From the NCBI GenBank assembly GCA_951406725.2, contig OX597814.1:51088001-51152000 (forward strand): DNA of 64,000 nt. Direction: 5' to 3'. Shown piece after piece: positions 12,701-25,227 of the stretch (positions within the stretch are counted from its first letter, which is position 1; the number at the start of each line of letters is the position of its first letter). The notes beneath the pieces are model-generated. The model searched no databases. It was not told where the DNA came from and saw nothing but the letters and a program-made list of their open reading frames with translations. The translations under genes and the position numbers were made by a program. Origin of the DNA: Octopus vulgaris (taxonomy: Eukaryota).

Positions 12701-13681
12701 GTATATTCCATTTGGTCATGCAGACTGTTTATCGGGCTATCCCAAGAGCATGGAATCGCTAGAAGAGACTGTGGTAGTGCCATTGCAGTCAGAAAATGAA
12801 GTAAGAAGTATTGTGTGTAATATAATCCAGAAACTGCCAGTGATAGTGCATGATATAAAAAGGAAATCCATAAAGGATAGTTACATCACAAGAATGAAAG
12901 AAACATTGAAAAATAAGCATAATAAAAATACAAATTCAAATAACTTCTCACTATGCAACAATGTCTTAATGTACGTGCAGAGAGTAGTAGTACCAAGTGC
13001 ACTACAGAAACAAGTATTGCAACAATTCCACTCTGGGACCCGGGAATGTCCAGAATGAAAGCTTTAATGAGGACCTTTGTATATTGGCCGACTATGGACA
13101 AGAACACCAAGAAATTGGTGAAAGCATGTACAAGTTATGAGTTGGCAACCAAAATACCACCAGTAAAATTCCAATCATGGCCAGAGACTGAGAGCCCATG
13201 GTCCAAGATACATAGTAATATCTAAATGAAAAACATAAATAAAAAACAAGAGTGCTAAGAAAAAGTGCTGTGTGCAACAAACAATACTACCTTAAAAGTT
13301 GGGCAGCAATTAAGTTACAGCAGCTAAAAAAAAAAAAAAGAGGGAGAGGTGCTGAAAAGAAAAAAGAAAAGAAATTGCACTTTCTCACAGTAGTCAAAAT
13401 CTTAAAAGGGGAGAAAATTGTAATCAGAGTTACAATTCTCCCTTGCGAGAAATAGACTGGTCTGAGTACAGTATAAATAGTAATGATCCAAGTGAGTTTG
13501 TAAGTTCAGAGTTTGGAGTCAAGTGAAATTCCTGTTAGTTTGCAGTGAAGTTGGAAGGTGTTGGTTGGTTAGTTCACAAGGAATATTTATTGTTGGTTCA
13601 TAAAGAGATTTGTTAGTTTGTTACATTGCTTTCACTGTAGTCTGTTTATCTTATTTATTGTACATAAATTACATTACAACA
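9796..13681 (+). mobile_element. Degenerate Gypsy LTR retrotransposon (Mag/K02A2.6-like); LTRs ~9796-10054 and 13419-13681
   Basis: Two diverged ~260-bp direct repeats ending TTACAACA, with purine tract AAAAGGGGAGAAAA before the 3' LTR. Gag, protease LQLDTGSDISII, RT PYLDDMLI, RNaseH DALEYGIG and integrase zinc-finger remnant; integrase core deleted. Confidence 0.9.
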
Positions 13682-13907
13682 CAGAAGAAAGAAAAAGCTA
13701 TGTAAATATATGAGTATTTTATCAATTATTAACCCTTCAGTATTTAAACTGGCCATATCTGGCCCAAATATTCTATGTGTTTTGTGTTTAAACTGACCAG
13801 ATCTGGCCTCTCACACCTACCCTACAATGAAATTCTAAAAAATAAGGAATCATATCTTTGAAATCCCAAAGTTATGAGATAATGCATGATTAATTCAAAA
13901 CATTTCA

Positions 13908-15540
13908 GACAGTGCGCTAGACACTGTAGAACACCTACTTGTCATGGAGGAGCTGGACACACTGCCAACTGTTGAGAACTGAACAGAGCCATTGATGGCT
14001 TGCCCATCGGAAAAGTACCAGGTTTGGCTGGCATCTCACTGGAGATCATCAGATGTGCAAGGTGAGTTCTACTCAGCCACTTCCTGAAGCTATTGTGTCA
14101 GTTTTAGCAGGAGAGATCAGTCCCACAAGACATGAGAGACTGCAACATTGTCATGCTATATAAGAACAAAGGGGATAAAAGCAACTGCAACAGTTACCAA
14201 GGCATCTTGCTGATAAGCATTGTCAGGAAGATCTTTGTCTGCATGATCCTAAACAGACTACAGAAAATCACTGAGAGGGTACAACCCAAATCTCAGTGTA
14301 GTTTCAGATCAGAATACTCTACCATTGATATGATCTTCTCTCTTCAACAGCTACAGAAAAAGTGCTGAGAGCAAAGGCAGCCACTCTTCATCACCTTCAT
14401 TGACCTCACAAAGGCTTTTGACCTAGTCAGTAGAAACAGCCTGTTCAAAATCCTTGCCAAGATTGCCTGTCCTCCAAGACTCCTCAGGATTGTCCAATCA
14501 TTTCACGTAGACATGAAAGGTGTTGATCAATTTGATGGCTCTTTTTCAGAGGTATTTAAAATACATAGTGGTGTGAAGCAGGGCTGTGCACTTGCCCTCA
14601 CCATGTTTGGCATCTTCTTGGCAGTCATGCTGATACATGCATTTAGGACATCAATTGATGGTGTTTACCTTCACACCAGATCAGACTGTTTAGTCTGTCA
14701 AGGCTAAAAGCAAAATTCAGGGTGCACCAGATATTCATCAGAGAAATGCTGTTTGCAGATGACGCAGCACTGACAGTGCACTCTGAAGAGCAAATGCAAC
14801 ACCTCGTGGACAAACTTTCAATAACATGTCAGGAATTCAGCTTGATTATCATTCTGAAGAAGACCCAAGTAATGGACTAAAGTGTCAAGCACCCCACCAC
14901 CATCAACAATTACAAACTGGAGGTAATCCATCAGTTCACCTGTCTTGACTCTACCATCACTGATGACCTCTCCTTAGACCCTGAGATCAACAGGTGAATC
15001 GGACAAGCATCCTCCCTATTTGCCAAGCTCACAAAGAGTCTGGGAAAACAAAAAAAAAATGACTGCAAACACCAAGATTGTTGCCTATGAGGCATGCATC
15101 CTTAGTACAGCAGTGAGATGTGGAGCCTCAACCCCAGACAGGAGCAGTGTCTCAACATCTTTCACCTTCATAATTTGAGATATGTCTTGGATATCAAGTA
15201 GACCAACCATACCACCAACTCAGAAGTCCTCAAACAAACCAAGATACCCAGCGTACTCACTCTGCTCTAGCAACTTTATTTGTGCTAGCTCAGTCATGTA
15301 CATTGCATGCCAGACGGAAGGATTCTAAAAGACTTCTTGTATGGGCACAAGAGCAAGAGGATGACCTCATTTTCATTTCAAGGACATCTGTAAGAGGAAT
15401 ATGAAGTCACTTGATCTGGACGTCATGAGATGGGAGGAGGTTGCAAGTGGTTGCCCACACTGGAGACAAATACTGCAAAAGGGGATCAAGTGAGTGGAAG
15501 AAAGACAGTAACTTGCCACCAAAGAAAAGCACACTCGATA
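13908..15540 (+). mobile_element. RTE-clade LINE fragment (RT region, disrupted)
   Basis: LYKNKGDKSNCNSYQGI, QCSFRSEYSTIDMIFSLQQLQKKC, FIDLTKAFD, SGVKQGC.LA and LFADDAA motifs. Confidence 0.9.
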
Positions 15541-15599
15541 GAAATGAGGCACTGAAATACTGTAATCTGTTGGTAAATTATATTTTTCAATGTGTAGCT

Positions 15600-16750
15600 T
15601 TTGAAACATTGGTAGGTACTGAACCATTAACAAGGCAGTTCTGGACTTCATTAGCATCTTTTCTCGCTGACATATCAGATGATACTTGAGAGAGTGCCTA
15701 ACTGTTCTAGTGTCTGAGCCCTACACTCATCTGCAGGAAGTCATGAATGTCTTGAAGTGCTTAAAGAATTTAAACACTAGGGATTGATCTCACACCAATA
15801 GTTGAGTATTGTGCATAAGGCAACTAGTTACAGCATGAAGAGGTATATGACAGGTTGATGTAGAGTTTAGTGGAATGAGAAACTTAGTGAGAATAGACAA
15901 TTTCTTCATTTCAATAGTGTAGCTGCAATATACAACCAAACTGTAGCAAGTGCAATTTGACCATTTTAGTAAACATAGAATAGCAGCATGTTCAGCAAGA
16001 AAGTTTTGTCTACAGGACACTTTCATTGCTGTCAATTTTTCTTTTGATTGACTCAAAAACACTACTGTTTGTTCTTGGAAACATTTAAAATGTGAGCATC
16101 AAGATAGCTTTCAACTGAGGGATTAACAGACACATTTCGTTGCTGTAGGTCTGCAGCTGGCAAACCATAATGAACTGTTGAATGTTTGTACTGAATCGTC
16201 TTGTTATGCCATTAACTGTGGCTTTCATTGCATTTTCAATCATTGTTTCTCTTCTAAATTTTAAGTCCAGGCAGAAAGTTGAAATGAAGAATTGCAACAA
16301 ATAAAATTTCTGAGCTGGTATGGCAGACTGAATTGTTGCTGTCCCATTCAGGCACATTTGTCATTCTGTCATTTTGAAGGAGATCCATTACTTAACAAAC
16401 TTTAACAGGTTATAATTTCAACTGTACGTAAAACATCAAGGCTCTCTGTAACCCCAGCTCTCTGATGAAGTAATAGTGTCAAATAGGAACATTTTCCTTG
16501 TGATGAATGGGCAATATATACTCTACCGATAATCTCCTGTATTCCTTTTTGGTAGTCTTATCATTCTTTGTCAAGTCTTATTCTATGACTGCGATGTTTC
16601 ATTTTCAAGGAAGTTGCAATGACAGATATTTCTCACTTTAGGATCATTTTTATCAAAATAAGCTGAATTTAGTTGATTGAACTTCTTGAGAGGCATTTTC
16701 TGCATTGTTTGGATCAAAAATTATTTGTTGTTGATTAGACTTGTGAATCT
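15600..16750 (-). mobile_element. Possible highly degenerate DNA transposon coding remnant (SWIM-like C-x-C...C-x-H/Y)
   Basis: Fragment 'SQ....KVSC...NCTC......CSY...IP..STSTC' loosely resembles SWIM-domain transposon proteins. Weak. Confidence 0.25.
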
Positions 16751-17054
16751 GAAGACATTTCGTGGAGGGATTTTTTATTTTTTATTTTAATGAATGTGGA
16801 ATTCCAATTTTTGACTTGATTCAAATTATTCAAGGCACCCTAAATTTTCATATTTAATGATCTTATCTTGCTGATATCAAGATGATTTCATTCTATTCTT
16901 TCTAATAAGACTGTAGGCTGGTCTGTGCATCTGAATATGTTATTCTATAGATATTTGACAACTTTGACAGATGCATAACATTTAACATTCATATTTCTGA
17001 AATAACCAAGCATTGTAGGAAACCACATGTTGATTATTCACCTTACTGTCCATT

Positions 17055-17422
17055 TATCAAAATCGAAATCGATCAACATCAATGGAAATTGTAGCTGTGA
17101 TACCAGTGCCGGTAGCACGTAAGAGAACCATTCGAACGTGGCCGTTGCCAGCGCCACCCCAACTGGCCTCCGTGCCGGTGGCACGTAAAAAGCACCATCT
17201 GATCGTGGCCGTTTGCCAGCTTCGTCTGGCACCTGTGCTGGTGGCACGTAAAAAGCACCCACTACACTCACGGAGTGGTTGGCGTTAGGAAGGGCATCCA
17301 GCTGTAGAAACACTGCCAGATCAGACTGGGCCTGGTGCAGCCTTCTGGCTTCCCAGACCTCAGTTGAACCGTTCAACCCATGCTAGCATGGAAAGCAGAC
17401 ATTAAATGATGATGATGATGAT
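17055..17422 (+). mobile_element. RTE-family 3'-UTR fragment/SINE with GCACGTAAAAAGCACC subrepeats and (GAT)n tail
   Basis: Same sequence as the copies at 22.4-22.8, 28.6-28.9, 31.4-31.7, 55.6-56.0 and 58.6-59.0 kb. Confidence 0.85.
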
Positions 17423-17692
17423 AGTTGCAGTATGATTCCTTCAGTAGGACTTTGCCGATGATACAATGGATACAGTCATCACCACTTGTGAAACTCATAT
17501 GGAAAACTCTTGCTGCAATACCCATTTAACATGCAAGACAAATAACATTCTGTTCGCCACATGGGCCATGTATCATGTGCTTCTTTATCAAACCATAAAG
17601 ACCAATTTTACATACATTACTTGGATTTTATTTTATAATAATTTTGTTCATGGTATAATTGAAGCATTTCAGTGAAATATTTTAACCAAAGT

Positions 17693-18090
17693 AAAGTTAC
17701 TTGCTGCATCAATATGGCTGTTCAATGTTACTAGTAGTTTAACCCCGGGCAGATTTTCCACCAGCTGGTTATATATTCTGCACCTTGAATATATATTGCA
17801 AGGGGTTAAACTATTAGTAACATTGAACAGCCGTATTGATGTGTTTAAACTAGCAGTAACATAATATAATGAAATTATTGTATACAGTGCTCAGGTGCAC
17901 CACAACTTGTCAGAGTATATGCAGTAAGGTACAAATGTCTGGAAAGCAAACAATGCACGAGTCAGATACATGCTTGTGTGTGTATGTAGGGGAGAAAATC
18001 AGGTGTAGTGTTGGCGAATCTCAGAAGGCATGGAAGTTTTGAAGGATGCAAACATTGAACAGCAGTATTGATGTGGCGATTAATTTTACT
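17693..18090. mobile_element. MITE with ~40-bp TIRs; right TIR partly duplicated around a ~190-bp insert
   Basis: catcaatatggctgttcaatgttactagtagtttaacccc (~17707-17746) is inverted at ~17802-17841, and part recurs at 18051-18075. Confidence 0.6.
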
Positions 18091-18820
18091 TATTATAGTT
18101 AGTACTCTCACCTATTATTGAGATTTTACAACTAGCTACTTTGCTTATTTTAACCAAAGCTTTCAATTAATTATTTTCATTTATGATAAGGAATGTGTCA
18201 TGTTTTTTCTTTTTTTATTTCATAACTGTAGCATATCAATAAAAATTCAAGTGGAATATAATATATTTATCTTACAAACAGCAGAATTGACAGTTTTATT
18301 TACTGAAAGGTTTTGTAAGATAATTTAACCACCTCAGACGTAAGTAACTTCAAGTGATTGAAGAAACTGCATTCAATAAGTCTTAATACATTGACAACAG
18401 AATTAACTGTCCTACTCAATGAGATCTTTAGTAAATCCTTGTTGCTTTTATTACCATTCTCTTTCTGTTTCTCGTGTCTTTTTTATCCTTTTCTTATCAT
18501 CACACAGTTTAATGTTGTATTTGAGAGTGAAATATTTGTGGCCATGTTTTTGGTGGTGTGTGAAGAAAAAATATGCTTTGACTAAACACAAACCTTATTT
18601 TTCCCCATGTTATATAGGTAGATTCAATGACTAAACCAAATAAATTCACTTTTGCAGGTAATGAATTATAGCAAAATTGTTAAAGTGTCAAACAGAATGC
18701 CTATCAGTACTTGTTCCAACTATATGCACTTTGAGCTCAAATCCCAGCAAGGTTAGACTTTTGCCTTTCATCCTTTCAGTTCAGTTAGAAAGTACCTACC
18801 AATACAGAGGGGTGGGTTAG

Positions 18821-19540
18821 CAGAACTGGGATGTTTATCTGTTGTTGTCACAGATTTTGAAATTAAATGAAACTTTTCAAATTTGGTATATTGATGCAAT
18901 TTTTTATGCTGAATCCAGTTTTATGATACACTCATTCCCGAAAAATTCAATAAAGAATGTTGTAATCGTTTTTACCCAATTAGAAAACAGGATTTGGAAG
19001 ATAGCATTTTCTGCACAACAGCTATCATGAAATGAAAGTAAAAACATTACAACAACAAAACAAAATGAAAGCAAAATGTTACAATGACAAAAAGTTGTAA
19101 GTTTTAATAAGTTTTAATCGAATAAAATCATGTGAAACGGTCGAACACGCATGTAAATAATTTAAAAAGGAAAAAAATCCATTAGGGTTAGGTTTAAAAT
19201 TAGGGTTTAGGGGTTGGGATAGGGTTAGAGCTAGGGTTTGACTTATTGGCAAAGAAATTACATAGTCTAAAAGAAGATAAACATGGTGGTGTTGGTGGTT
19301 CAGACAGCAGACTACAACTTTGTTACTGTGGAAACAGGCATCAAAATGTTTGGCTAAAATTACTCAAAATTTGCAAAGTTTAAAAGCTACTGACTTTTTA
19401 TTAATTTATGGAGAAAATGAATTTCATTTTCATAATTAGCAAACAAAACAAAATCAGTACACGAAATTTGAAAGCAATTGAAACAAAATTAAAAACAAAA
19501 GTAGACAACTGTGACAGCAACAGGTAAGATCCCAGAACTG
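18821..19540. mobile_element. TIR element (MITE) with internal degenerate TTAGGG array (~19180-19240)
   Basis: Left end cagaactgggatgtttatctgttgttgtcacag is the near reverse complement of right end ctgtgacagcaacaggtaagatcccagaactg. Confidence 0.65.
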
Positions 19541-19712
19541 AAAGAATGACATATCAATTGCCTTATGCAATTTGTCCTGTCACTTTGCATTTCAAGTTCA
19601 TATGCTGCCATATTCTACTTCGGTGGTAGACTTAATCTGTCATGTGATCAAACACCACTACTAAAAATTATCTTGATCTGAGTATACGACAGATAGATAG
19701 AGAAACAAGGAT

Positions 19713-19745
<33 letters not shown>

Positions 19746-19749
<4 letters not shown>

Positions 19750-19915
19750 CAAACAAGAAAGCACAAAAAAACACAACAACGCGAGGATGTGGAACAAATA
19801 TAGTATTATTGGACGCTCGGGAAAGAAGGAAAGAAGGAGGGTTTAACGTTTCGAGCAGAGCTCTTCGTCGGAAACATAGGAGAAGGAAAAATCCAAAGAA
19901 GGGAAGACAGAGGAA
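19746..19915 (-). mobile_element. Penelope pseudo-LTR-like fragment with hammerhead-like motif (19841-19875)
   Basis: Minus strand gttt-CCGACGA-aGAGCtctGCTC-GAAA-cg-TT-aaac, inserted between (TA)n tracts. Confidence 0.55.
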
Positions 19916-20129
19916 TATATATATATGCAAAACACATGTATAACAACAATACAAATTTACCTCAATATCAGTGGAAATAAAGGACAAAATTTATTAAATG
20001 ACACAAGTTTAGGACACATACATCATCGAATGAAAGTGGATATCAAATAAATCGCTGTCGAGAAACTCAGGATTCTGGCTGTGTTCCATGCTTGTATCAT
20101 TTAATATATATATATATCATTCTTAAACA

Positions 20130-20625
20130 TAAATCCGAAAAAAGAAGCACACTCTAAATTATAGAGCAGTATATATTAAAATTAGATAAGGGAGTCTATG
20201 GGATTACTTTAGGTTTCATGTCCATAAAGGGATTAGCTTTATGGTATGTCATCAAGTCCCAAAACCTGTTGGCTAAACGCCTCTCTAGAAATATAGAGGA
20301 GAAACGGACCCTGATAATGTCAACAGGAGGGGGTTGCCTCCCCTTCACTATTGATCGCCGATGTCGACAAAGAGGATTGTGTCCCTTAGTCTATCGACCA
20401 CCGGTGGACCTTTTATCCCATGGGTTCCAATAGGACAGCTGATGATTGGGGATTTTTCCTTGTGTAGTATGTCCTGTACTTTGTTTTTCTGTTGTAAAAA
20501 AATGTTTTTCCCGTTTTCGTTTCTCGTCCAGTTCCACGTCTCTGTTTTTCTGTTGTAAAAAAATGGCTTTTCCGTTTTCGTTTCTCGTTGAGTTCTACGT
20601 CTAGTTGTGGTGTCCTGTACTCACG
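20130..20625 (-). mobile_element. Penelope pseudo-LTR-like fragment with hammerhead-like motif (20200-20260)
   Basis: Minus strand gggac-TTGATGA-cata CCATAAAG ctaatcc CTTTATGG acat-GAAA-cctaaag-TA-atccc. Flanked by TA-rich microsatellite; internal 60-bp tandem duplication at ~20486-20600. Confidence 0.5.
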
Positions 20626-21161
20626 TATATATATTTATATATGCATGTGTATATACATGTAGATGTAGGTACGTACATACATGTTTGTATGTATGCACAT
20701 ATTTTATTTATTACACTATATATGTATGTATGTATATACAGAGAGAGAGAGAGGCATACACTCACTCACACACATATTACTATATATATAAGTATTACAT
20801 ATAGGTGCAGGCGTGGCTGTGCGTAGTAAATTTGCTTCCTAACCACATGGCTCTGCGTTCGGTCCCACCATGTGGTACCGTATGTGTTACAAGGTTCACA
20901 ATATGGTTTATTGATCTTATGAGCGAACAAAAAATTTTTATATAAATTAATGTGTTTTGATTTTAAAATAATTAGATAAAATAGGGATGAATATGATACA
21001 AAAAGAGAAAACAAAACCCTACGGTCCTATCATTTACAGCAGTGCTGCAACTGCTTTTTACACATGCAAGACAATTTTTTCATGGACCGAGGGTTCATGC
21101 ACACAGCAAACCACAATAAAGTATATAATATATAATTAATACATTTTATAATACATATATT

Positions 21162-21676
21162 TCTATATATATAAAACTGTAGTTGTGTGAGTGTCTGTCT
21201 CCTACGATTTAGATTCCTAACTCCTCCCACATTTTGCGGTGCAGTTTAACCAAATTCGGGTATCTTATAGTCGTGATTAGTATCTAGCCCGTCTGATATT
21301 AGCGCGCGTCTACGATGAGTCTACGATTTTAAAAATAATTTACATCATTTTTTATTCCATTTTAATGCATAATTTTTCGTGTATCGATGGCGGCGGAGTT
21401 GGCGTCCACGCTCAAACACCTGCACCTGTGTTTGCTTCTCCCCCTTCTTCCCTCCCTCGTGAAGCTGTGGGGAAGGGAGTTTAAGGAAATCAACGTCGTA
21501 ATGCGTTGTCAAGGAGACCAGCGTTCTTTTAGAACAACGACTTCATGGCTTGAAGACACCAAAACAGAAATGGCTAAGAAAGCCCGAATTGGCATCTATA
21601 AAGGAAGTAACTCTCTAAAAATGCTTATATAGTTATTTCCCTTACAAACCCGAGCAACGCCGGGCGATACTGCTAG
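21162..21676 (+). mobile_element. Non-autonomous Helitron
   Basis: 5' TC, 3' hairpin CCCGagcaacgcCGGG followed by CTAG|T. Same family as the 23062 and 42849 copies. Confidence 0.8.
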
Positions 21677-22009
21677 TTACATATATAGACGATCTCAACT
21701 TTAATCAAAAGAATGCCTATATTGCAGACTATGATAGTCAATAAAACAAAAATAAAAGGTTAAAATTTCTTTCTGTGCGGCCTGGTATGAAAAAATCCAC
21801 AGCCTAGTGGTTGGGGACACCTAATTTAAACAAAGTACATAATTTGAGAAGAAGGAAATGGTAGCCCTTTGTTATGTCCAGTAATTTAATCGAGAGAGAC
21901 CAAACTGATAGAAAGTTCAGTTAATGTTTACTTTAACACTCGGCCACTAAAATAAATAAATAAATAACAAGCGTAATAGATGTTAAAAAATGTGTATTAA
22001 ACGAATATG

Positions 22010-22820
22010 AAAGTGTAAGCGTCCTGAAAGAAATGTTGGACATAAGAAGCACCAGATGTGGTGTACAAGAGATGACTGCGCTGGTATGGTCATGTGCTGC
22101 ATATGGATGAGGAGAGCTGTGTAAAGAAGTGTCATTCCCTAATGGCGGAAGGAACTCGTGGAAGAGGGAGACTCAGGAAGACATAGGATGAGGTGGTGAA
22201 GTCTGACCTTTGAACGTTGGGCCTCACAGAGGCAATGACGAAAGACCGAGACCTCTGAAGATCTGCTGTGACTGAGAAGACCCGGCAAGTAAAGTAGCCT
22301 GCACCAGTGTCGCATAACCAGCCCACTTAGAAAAGTACCTTTGGATCGTTGGGCGACATGCCGTGCTTGAGGAGACCTGTTGGGTCATGTAAATCAAAAT
22401 CAAACAGAAACTGTAGTTGTGATCGATGCCAATGCCACCTGACTGGCTCCCATGCTGGTGGCACGCAATACGCACCATTCACGCGTGGGTCGTTGCCTGA
22501 CTGGCTCCCCGTGCTGGTAGCACGAAAATAGCACCGTCCGAACGTGGTTGATGCCAGCCCCCTCGCCCCGACTGGTTCCTGTGCCGGAGGCACGTAAAAA
22601 GCACCATCAGAACTACTGCCTGACTGGTTTCCATGCTGGTGGCACGTAAAAAGCATCCACTACACTCTCAGAGTAGTTGGCGTTAGGAAAGGCATCCAGC
22701 TGTAGAAACATTGCCAGATCAGACTGGAGCCTGGTGCTGCATCCTGGCATCCCAGACCCCGGTTGAACCGTCCAACCCATGCTAGCATGGAAAACGGGCG
22801 TTAAACGATGATGATGATGA
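22010..22820 (+). mobile_element. RTE LINE 3' end (C-terminal ORF remnant + subrepeat 3' UTR + (GAT)n tail)
   Basis: RWYGHVL.MDE..CVKKC, GRGR.RKT.DEVVK.DL motifs, followed by the family 3' UTR. Confidence 0.85.
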
Positions 22821-22958
22821 AAACAAGAACTTGCGCCAACGAACCAGGAAGTGTGGAGAGTACTTTCGGAAAATTCACAAGATCCAACTTTTTTCCCTCA
22901 TAACTTTTAGGAAAATAGATATCTTTTAATGAAATTTTGGTGTTCTTTCAGTACAAAC

Positions 22959-23037
22959 AGCATAGTTGTCAAACTCGGTCATATGGGATCATATTATTGT
23001 TCGTGAATTTGATATTCCCGAGTTTGACAACTATGCT
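22959..23037. repeat. 79-bp hairpin with perfect 20-bp inverted repeat (mini-MITE)
   Basis: AGCATAGTTGTCAAACTCGG ... CCGAGTTTGACAACTATGCT. Confidence 0.75.
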
Positions 23038-23061
23038 ATTTGTAATGAAAGAATACCGAAA

Positions 23062-23861
23062 TCTTTTTATATAAAAGTCAAGAGGAGTGGTTGTGTGGTA
23101 AGTAGCTTGCTAACCAACCACATGGTTCCGGGTTCAGTCCCACTGCGTGGCATCTTGGGCAAGTGTCTTCTGCTATAGCCTCGGGCCGACCAATGCCTTG
23201 TGAGTGGATTTGGTAGACGGAAACTGAAAGAAGCCTGTCGTATATATGTATATATATATATGTATGTGTGTGTTTGTGTGTCTGTGTTTGTCCCCTTAGC
23301 ATTGCTTGACAACCGATGCTGGTGTGTTTATGTCCCCGTCACTTAGCGGTTCGGCAAAAGAGACCGATAGAATAAGTACTGGGCTTACAAAGAATAAGTC
23401 CCGGGGTCGATGTGCTCGACTAAAGGCGGTGCTCCAGCATGGCCGCAGTCAAAATGACTGAAACAAGTAAAATAGTAAAAGAGAGTTGTGTGTCTGTCTC
23501 CTACGATTTAGATTCCTAACTACTCCCACATTTTGCGGTGCAGTTTAACCAAAACCGGGTATCTTATAGTCGTGATTCATATCGGGCCCTTCTGGGTATT
23601 AGCGCGCGTCTACGATGAGTCTACGATTTTTAAAAAAAATTACCATCATTTTTTTCCATTTTAATGCAATTTTTTCGCTATTATATAAGGAAAGTAACTC
23701 TCTAAAAATGTCTACATGAGTCAACGATTTAAAAAAAAATTTACCATCATTTTATTTCCATTTTTAATGCATTTTTTGCTATTTTTGGGCTATAACTCTC
23801 TAAAAATGCTTATATAGTTATTTCCCTTACAAACCCGAGCAACGCCAGGCGATACTGCTAG
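23062..23861 (+). mobile_element. Non-autonomous Helitron interrupted by a SINE
   Basis: A|TC ... CTAG|T termini with 3' hairpin. The 5' end matches the uninterrupted copy at 42849-43243. Confidence 0.8.
23082..23484 (+). mobile_element. tRNA-derived SINE (nested in Helitron)
   Basis: A/B boxes, TTGGGCAAGT central domain, TA/TG microsatellite, AGTAAAA tail. Confidence 0.88.
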
Positions 23862-23905
23862 TTTTAAATAAATACCTTTCAAACAGCATAGATTACGACT
23901 ATAAA

Positions 23906-24344
23906 GAAATTTGTGGGGGAAATTTTTTCCAAGGGAGGGGGGGCGGAGAGGACTTTTGATGAGAGAGAAATTCATAAATTATTTTTTTGCTTGAGTGTAA
24001 TGGAAGTTTGAAAAAGAATCTTTAGATTCATTTATTTTTCGTTTGAGTAAATAGAAAAAGGATATAAAAAAGATCCCATGTATCATGGTGAGAGAAACAT
24101 TCATAAATACGGTTTCACCTTGGGAAAAAAAAGTTAAGGGTGATTTAGCTGTTGTTTTTGGCATATCTCCACTGTTGGGATCTATTTTAAAACCTTTATC
24201 TATTACTCAAATGAAAAATAAATGAATCAAAAAATTTTTTTCAAAACTTTTTTCCATAACACTCAAGCCAAAAAAATAACATGAATTTCTTTCTCTTCGA
24301 AAGTCCTCTCCCCACCCCCACCGAAAAATTTCCCCACAAATTTC
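23906..24344. mobile_element. MITE with ~100-bp imperfect TIRs
   Basis: gaaatttgtggggga...gagaggactttt...gaaattcat...ttttttgcttgagtgt is mirrored at ~24250-24344. Confidence 0.65.
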
Positions 24345-24412
24345 ATTAAAAGATATCCATTTCCTTAAAATGTCATGTAGCTATTTTTGCATGTATGTGC
24401 AAGTGGCACTCA

Positions 24413-24445
<33 letters not shown>

Positions 24446-24514
24446 GCACACATTATCTTTGATATACACGTACATACTTAAATACGTATGCATACATCAT
24501 TTTTGTATGTTTGC

Positions 24515-24551
<37 letters not shown>

Positions 24552-24592
24552 GCTTATACATACATGCAAAAAATACAACATAACTTCACTCA

Positions 24593-24623
<31 letters not shown>

Positions 24624-24888
24624 CCATCTTTCTCCTCTCACTTCAAAGCAAATGTCGACTTTTCACTTTCTTTTAATTTCTGCATTAACCGAAATTGCAG
24701 TTAATTTCTTCAAATCACATATTTCCGTCTTAGTAAGGAATGAAGAACAATGGGCAACACCTCCTGATATGTTTCTTCATAATTTTCTTATTTATATTTG
24801 TAATGCAATTTTGCAGACTACATTTTCGTAGGTGTAAATGTCGATTAATTGAAAGTGATTTTTATTTTATTTTATTTTATTTTTTCAT

Positions 24889-25227
24889 AGGCGCAAGAGT
24901 GGCTGTGTGGTAAGTTGCTTACTTACCAAACACATGGTTTGGGGTTCAGTCTTCTACTATAGCATACTATGGATTTGGTAGACGGAAACTGAAAGAAGCC
25001 CGTCGTATATATGTATGTGTGTGTGTTTGTCCTCCCAACATCGCTTGACAACCGATGCTGGTGTGTTTGCGTCCCCGTAACTTAGCGGTTCGGCAAAAGT
25101 GACCGTTAGAATAAGTACTAGGCTTACAAAGAATAAGTCCTGTGGTCGATTTGCTCGACTAAAGGCGGTGCTCCAGCATGGCCACAGTCAAATGAATGAA
25201 ACAAGTAAAAAGTAAAAGAGAGTAAAA
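24889..25227 (+). mobile_element. tRNA-derived SINE with internal deletion
   Basis: Same family as 49227-49620. Confidence 0.85.

Noticed and set aside
19960-20100. Alternative IRF 5' UTR exon ending at GAG|GTAAAT (~19960)
   Set aside because: Lies between repeat fragments with no clear acceptor or promoter. Cannot be supported without RNA data.
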